In this document: positions 62,146-64,000 of the stretch, piece by piece
How positions within the stretch are numbered: position 1 is the first letter of the stretch
How the letters are laid out: each line of letters begins with the position of its first letter
Assembly: GCA_043228905.1 (NCBI GenBank)
Contig: JBHGNT010000022.1
Span: forward strand, 6,572,001 to 6,636,000
From: Azolla caroliniana
Lineage: Eukaryota; Plantae; Polypodiophyta
Length of the DNA stretch: 64,000 nt
Direction: 5' to 3'
The notes under the pieces: model-generated
What the model was told of the DNA's origin: nothing
Seen by the model: the letters and a program-made list of their open reading frames with translations, nothing else
Database searches by the model: none
Made by a program: the position numbers and the translations under genes

Positions 62146-62361
62146 GATCACACACCGTCATTTAAAAAATAAAAATAAAAAAAATAAAATAATAAAAAAA
62201 TAAAATCATTAAAAATCGAGGTATGAACGGACGTGAAAGAAAGGAGCGAAAAGGTACGTAGTGGGCATTTAAGAGCCGCCACATTGCTTAATACTAATTT
62301 GGTACACGACGTGCGCATGCTCGAAAAAGGCGCCAAGACGCACAAAGAAAAAGAAGAACGC

Positions 62362-64000
62362 ATGGAGACCTTTTGTTTTCGCGAGCCAAGAAGCACAGAA
62401 GCACCAAGGCAGTGGAAGCTTAGCAAACGCGAACCTGCACTCAGAGTACCGCCGCGTTCAGAACGCTCTCTCTCTCGCTCTCACTCTCATCACCACTCTA
62501 CCTCGCCATCTTTCCTCGACCTCGAAGCAGACATGGAACCACAAACGCTGTCGGAAGCGGCCAGGAAATGGTTCAGGCAACACGGACTGGAGGGGTTCTT
62601 GACCATCATGGAGGCACCACCGCACAGAGAAGCCGACCGGGTCATCAAGGAGCTCGACACGGAAGTCATCACCGAGGAAGCAATCCGTGCGCTAACAGGC
62701 CTTCCGGAGGGAGGTATTTTTCAGATTGATAACCCAACCTCGGAGCAACTCATCCGATATTTCGGTGAGTACTCTGTAGCCGGCAAAGGCTATCGAACGC
62801 AGGGCGGCGAAGATCCGCTATTCAGGGAGATAGCTCGAGTGCTCCATGAGTACGGCCACGTGTACCCCCGACCCCCGATCATGCCAAAAAATCGGGCAGG
62901 GATGATCATAGCCACCTATGAAGGCATCAAGGTGGACTGGCCGGTGTTGATTGCAGACGGTTTGTGCGCGGCAATCAACATGGTACGAGGGAAGGACAGC
63001 AAGGAGGGCCGGAAGCTATGGCATGCCGTTGCTCAGTGGATAACATTGCTCGTGCCGCCAGTCGAGACCGTTCAGCCAAAGAAGCAGCCAAGATTATCGG
63101 AAGGAAGCACTTCGAAACCCGCGTCCAAACGACAGCAGCTGCTGGCGTCAAAGGCGACGAAAGGAAAGAAACGGCTCCTAGAACCGGAGGAGGTGTCACC
63201 GGTCCGACCCGTTAAGATAACCATACGGCGACCGGGACAGAAGGAACCGGAACCCTTGACGGCACAGAAACATGCCGTTACCCAGGAAGAGGAAACGGAG
63301 GAGCCAGAAGAGCACCTCCAACGACGGTCAAGAAGTAGGACCGCCGGGACAGCGGGGGACCGTTCGTACCCGCAAGAGGAAGAAACGTCCCCAACTCAAC
63401 CTGAGCAAACCACAAGGGAGGAACCGGAACCAGTGCGTATGGAACCGGCCTTGTCGACTTCTATAGAAGAAGTCATTCCAACGGCTCCGGAGACGGCGAG
63501 AACCGGAACTCAACAGCCGGCGAGCCCAGCCAGCACACACGGTGGCCAAGGAGTAGGACCAGTACAGCAGCAAGGCACCAGTAGCATGTGGCTACGGTGG
63601 GTAGGTGAGCAGATCGCCGGAGCGGTCGAGTACATAGAAGCGGAGGAGAGAGCGCACAACGAACGGTTGCTCGTCACAACCGTAGATCTAGAGACGGCCC
63701 GGTCCAGAATCCGGAGCCTTGAACAAGACTTGGACAGGGTCACAAGGGAAATGGCTCAATTGGCTTTGACAACACAAGTCCAAGCACCGGTGACTCCGGG
63801 CAATGTACAGAATAAAGCGTCAGATCAACCTGTACATAGCAATCAGACCCCGGCAACGGAAACCGTTCCGGAGAGAAATGCGGCACAAGCCCAAGAGCTG
63901 GCGGACTTAAAGGATGAGCTAGCTGCCCAAGAAGCGCTGAGGAGCCGCGAAAGAGAGTTGAAGACGGCAGCGGAGGCAGAACTCAAAAAGACTGCTGAGA
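62362..64000 (+). CDS. Extra ORF of D; appears open to the window edge (alternative start 62533)
   Basis: Hand translation METFCFREP...DMEPQTLSEAARKWFRQHGLEGFL..., collinear with the B extra ORF. Missing from the ORF track, presumably because no stop falls in the window. Confidence 0.8.
   Translation, partial: METFCFREPRSTEAPRQWKLSKREPALRVPPRSERSLSRSHSHHHSTSPSFLDLEADMEPQTLSEAARKWFRQHGLEGFLTIMEAPPHREADRVIKELDTEVITEEAIRALTGLPEGGIFQIDNPTSEQLIRYFGEYSVAGKGYRTQGGEDPLFREIARVLHEYGHVYPRPPIMPKNRAGMIIATYEGIKVDWPVLIADGLCAAINMVRGKDSKEGRKLWHAVAQWITLLVPPVETVQPKKQPRLSEGSTSKPASKRQQLLASKATKGKKRLLEPEEVSPVRPVKITIRRPGQKEPEPLTAQKHAVTQEEETEEPEEHLQRRSRSRTAGTAGDRSYPQEEETSPTQPEQTTREEPEPVRMEPALSTSIEEVIPTAPETARTGTQQPASPASTHGGQGVGPVQQQGTSSMWLRWVGEQIAGAVEYIEAEERAHNERLLVTTVDLETARSRIRSLEQDLDRVTREMAQLALTTQVQAPVTPGNVQNKASDQPVHSNQTPATETVPERNAAQAQELADLKDELAAQEALRSRERELKTAAEAELKKTAE

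Larger units (their letters stand above)
55808..64000 (+). mobile_element. Element D: gypsy of the A family, inserted in F RT; runs off the right edge
   Basis: LTR 55808-56225, PBS TGGCGACCA 56232-56240, gag-pol, extra ORF. Confidence 0.94.

Overview
The whole window is a nested transposon cluster with no host gene, probably from a non-seed land plant such as a moss (inferred from the element types). I resolve 13 insertions, labelled A-L plus a LINE; boundaries come from LTR pairs, TG...CA ends, primer-binding sites (PBS) and target-site duplications (TSDs). An old chromovirus-like gypsy pol remnant (H, 37641-39989) is cut on the left by a tRNA-Trp-primed element (E) and on the right by a gypsy with an extra ORF (F). 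E contains copia G (with a LINE in its LTR), copia J (with mini-element I in its LTR) and probably gypsy B. B contains A, a copia solo LTR and C. F contains copia K, a 3.85-kb TIR element (L) and gypsy D. The most striking observation concerns the A/B/D/F/I gypsy group. All three members whose 3' end is visible (B, I, F) lack a polypurine tract (PPT). Instead, 2 nt before the 3' LTR, each has a sense copy of the tRNA-Arg 3' end (T-arm, acceptor strand, CCA) with a co-varying hairpin inserted in the T-loop. On the minus strand this is a second PBS, suggesting tRNA- or tRNA-mimic-primed plus-strand synthesis. The same group carries a roughly 900-1000 codon extra ORF after integrase. tRNA and lineage assignments are from memory and need database confirmation.
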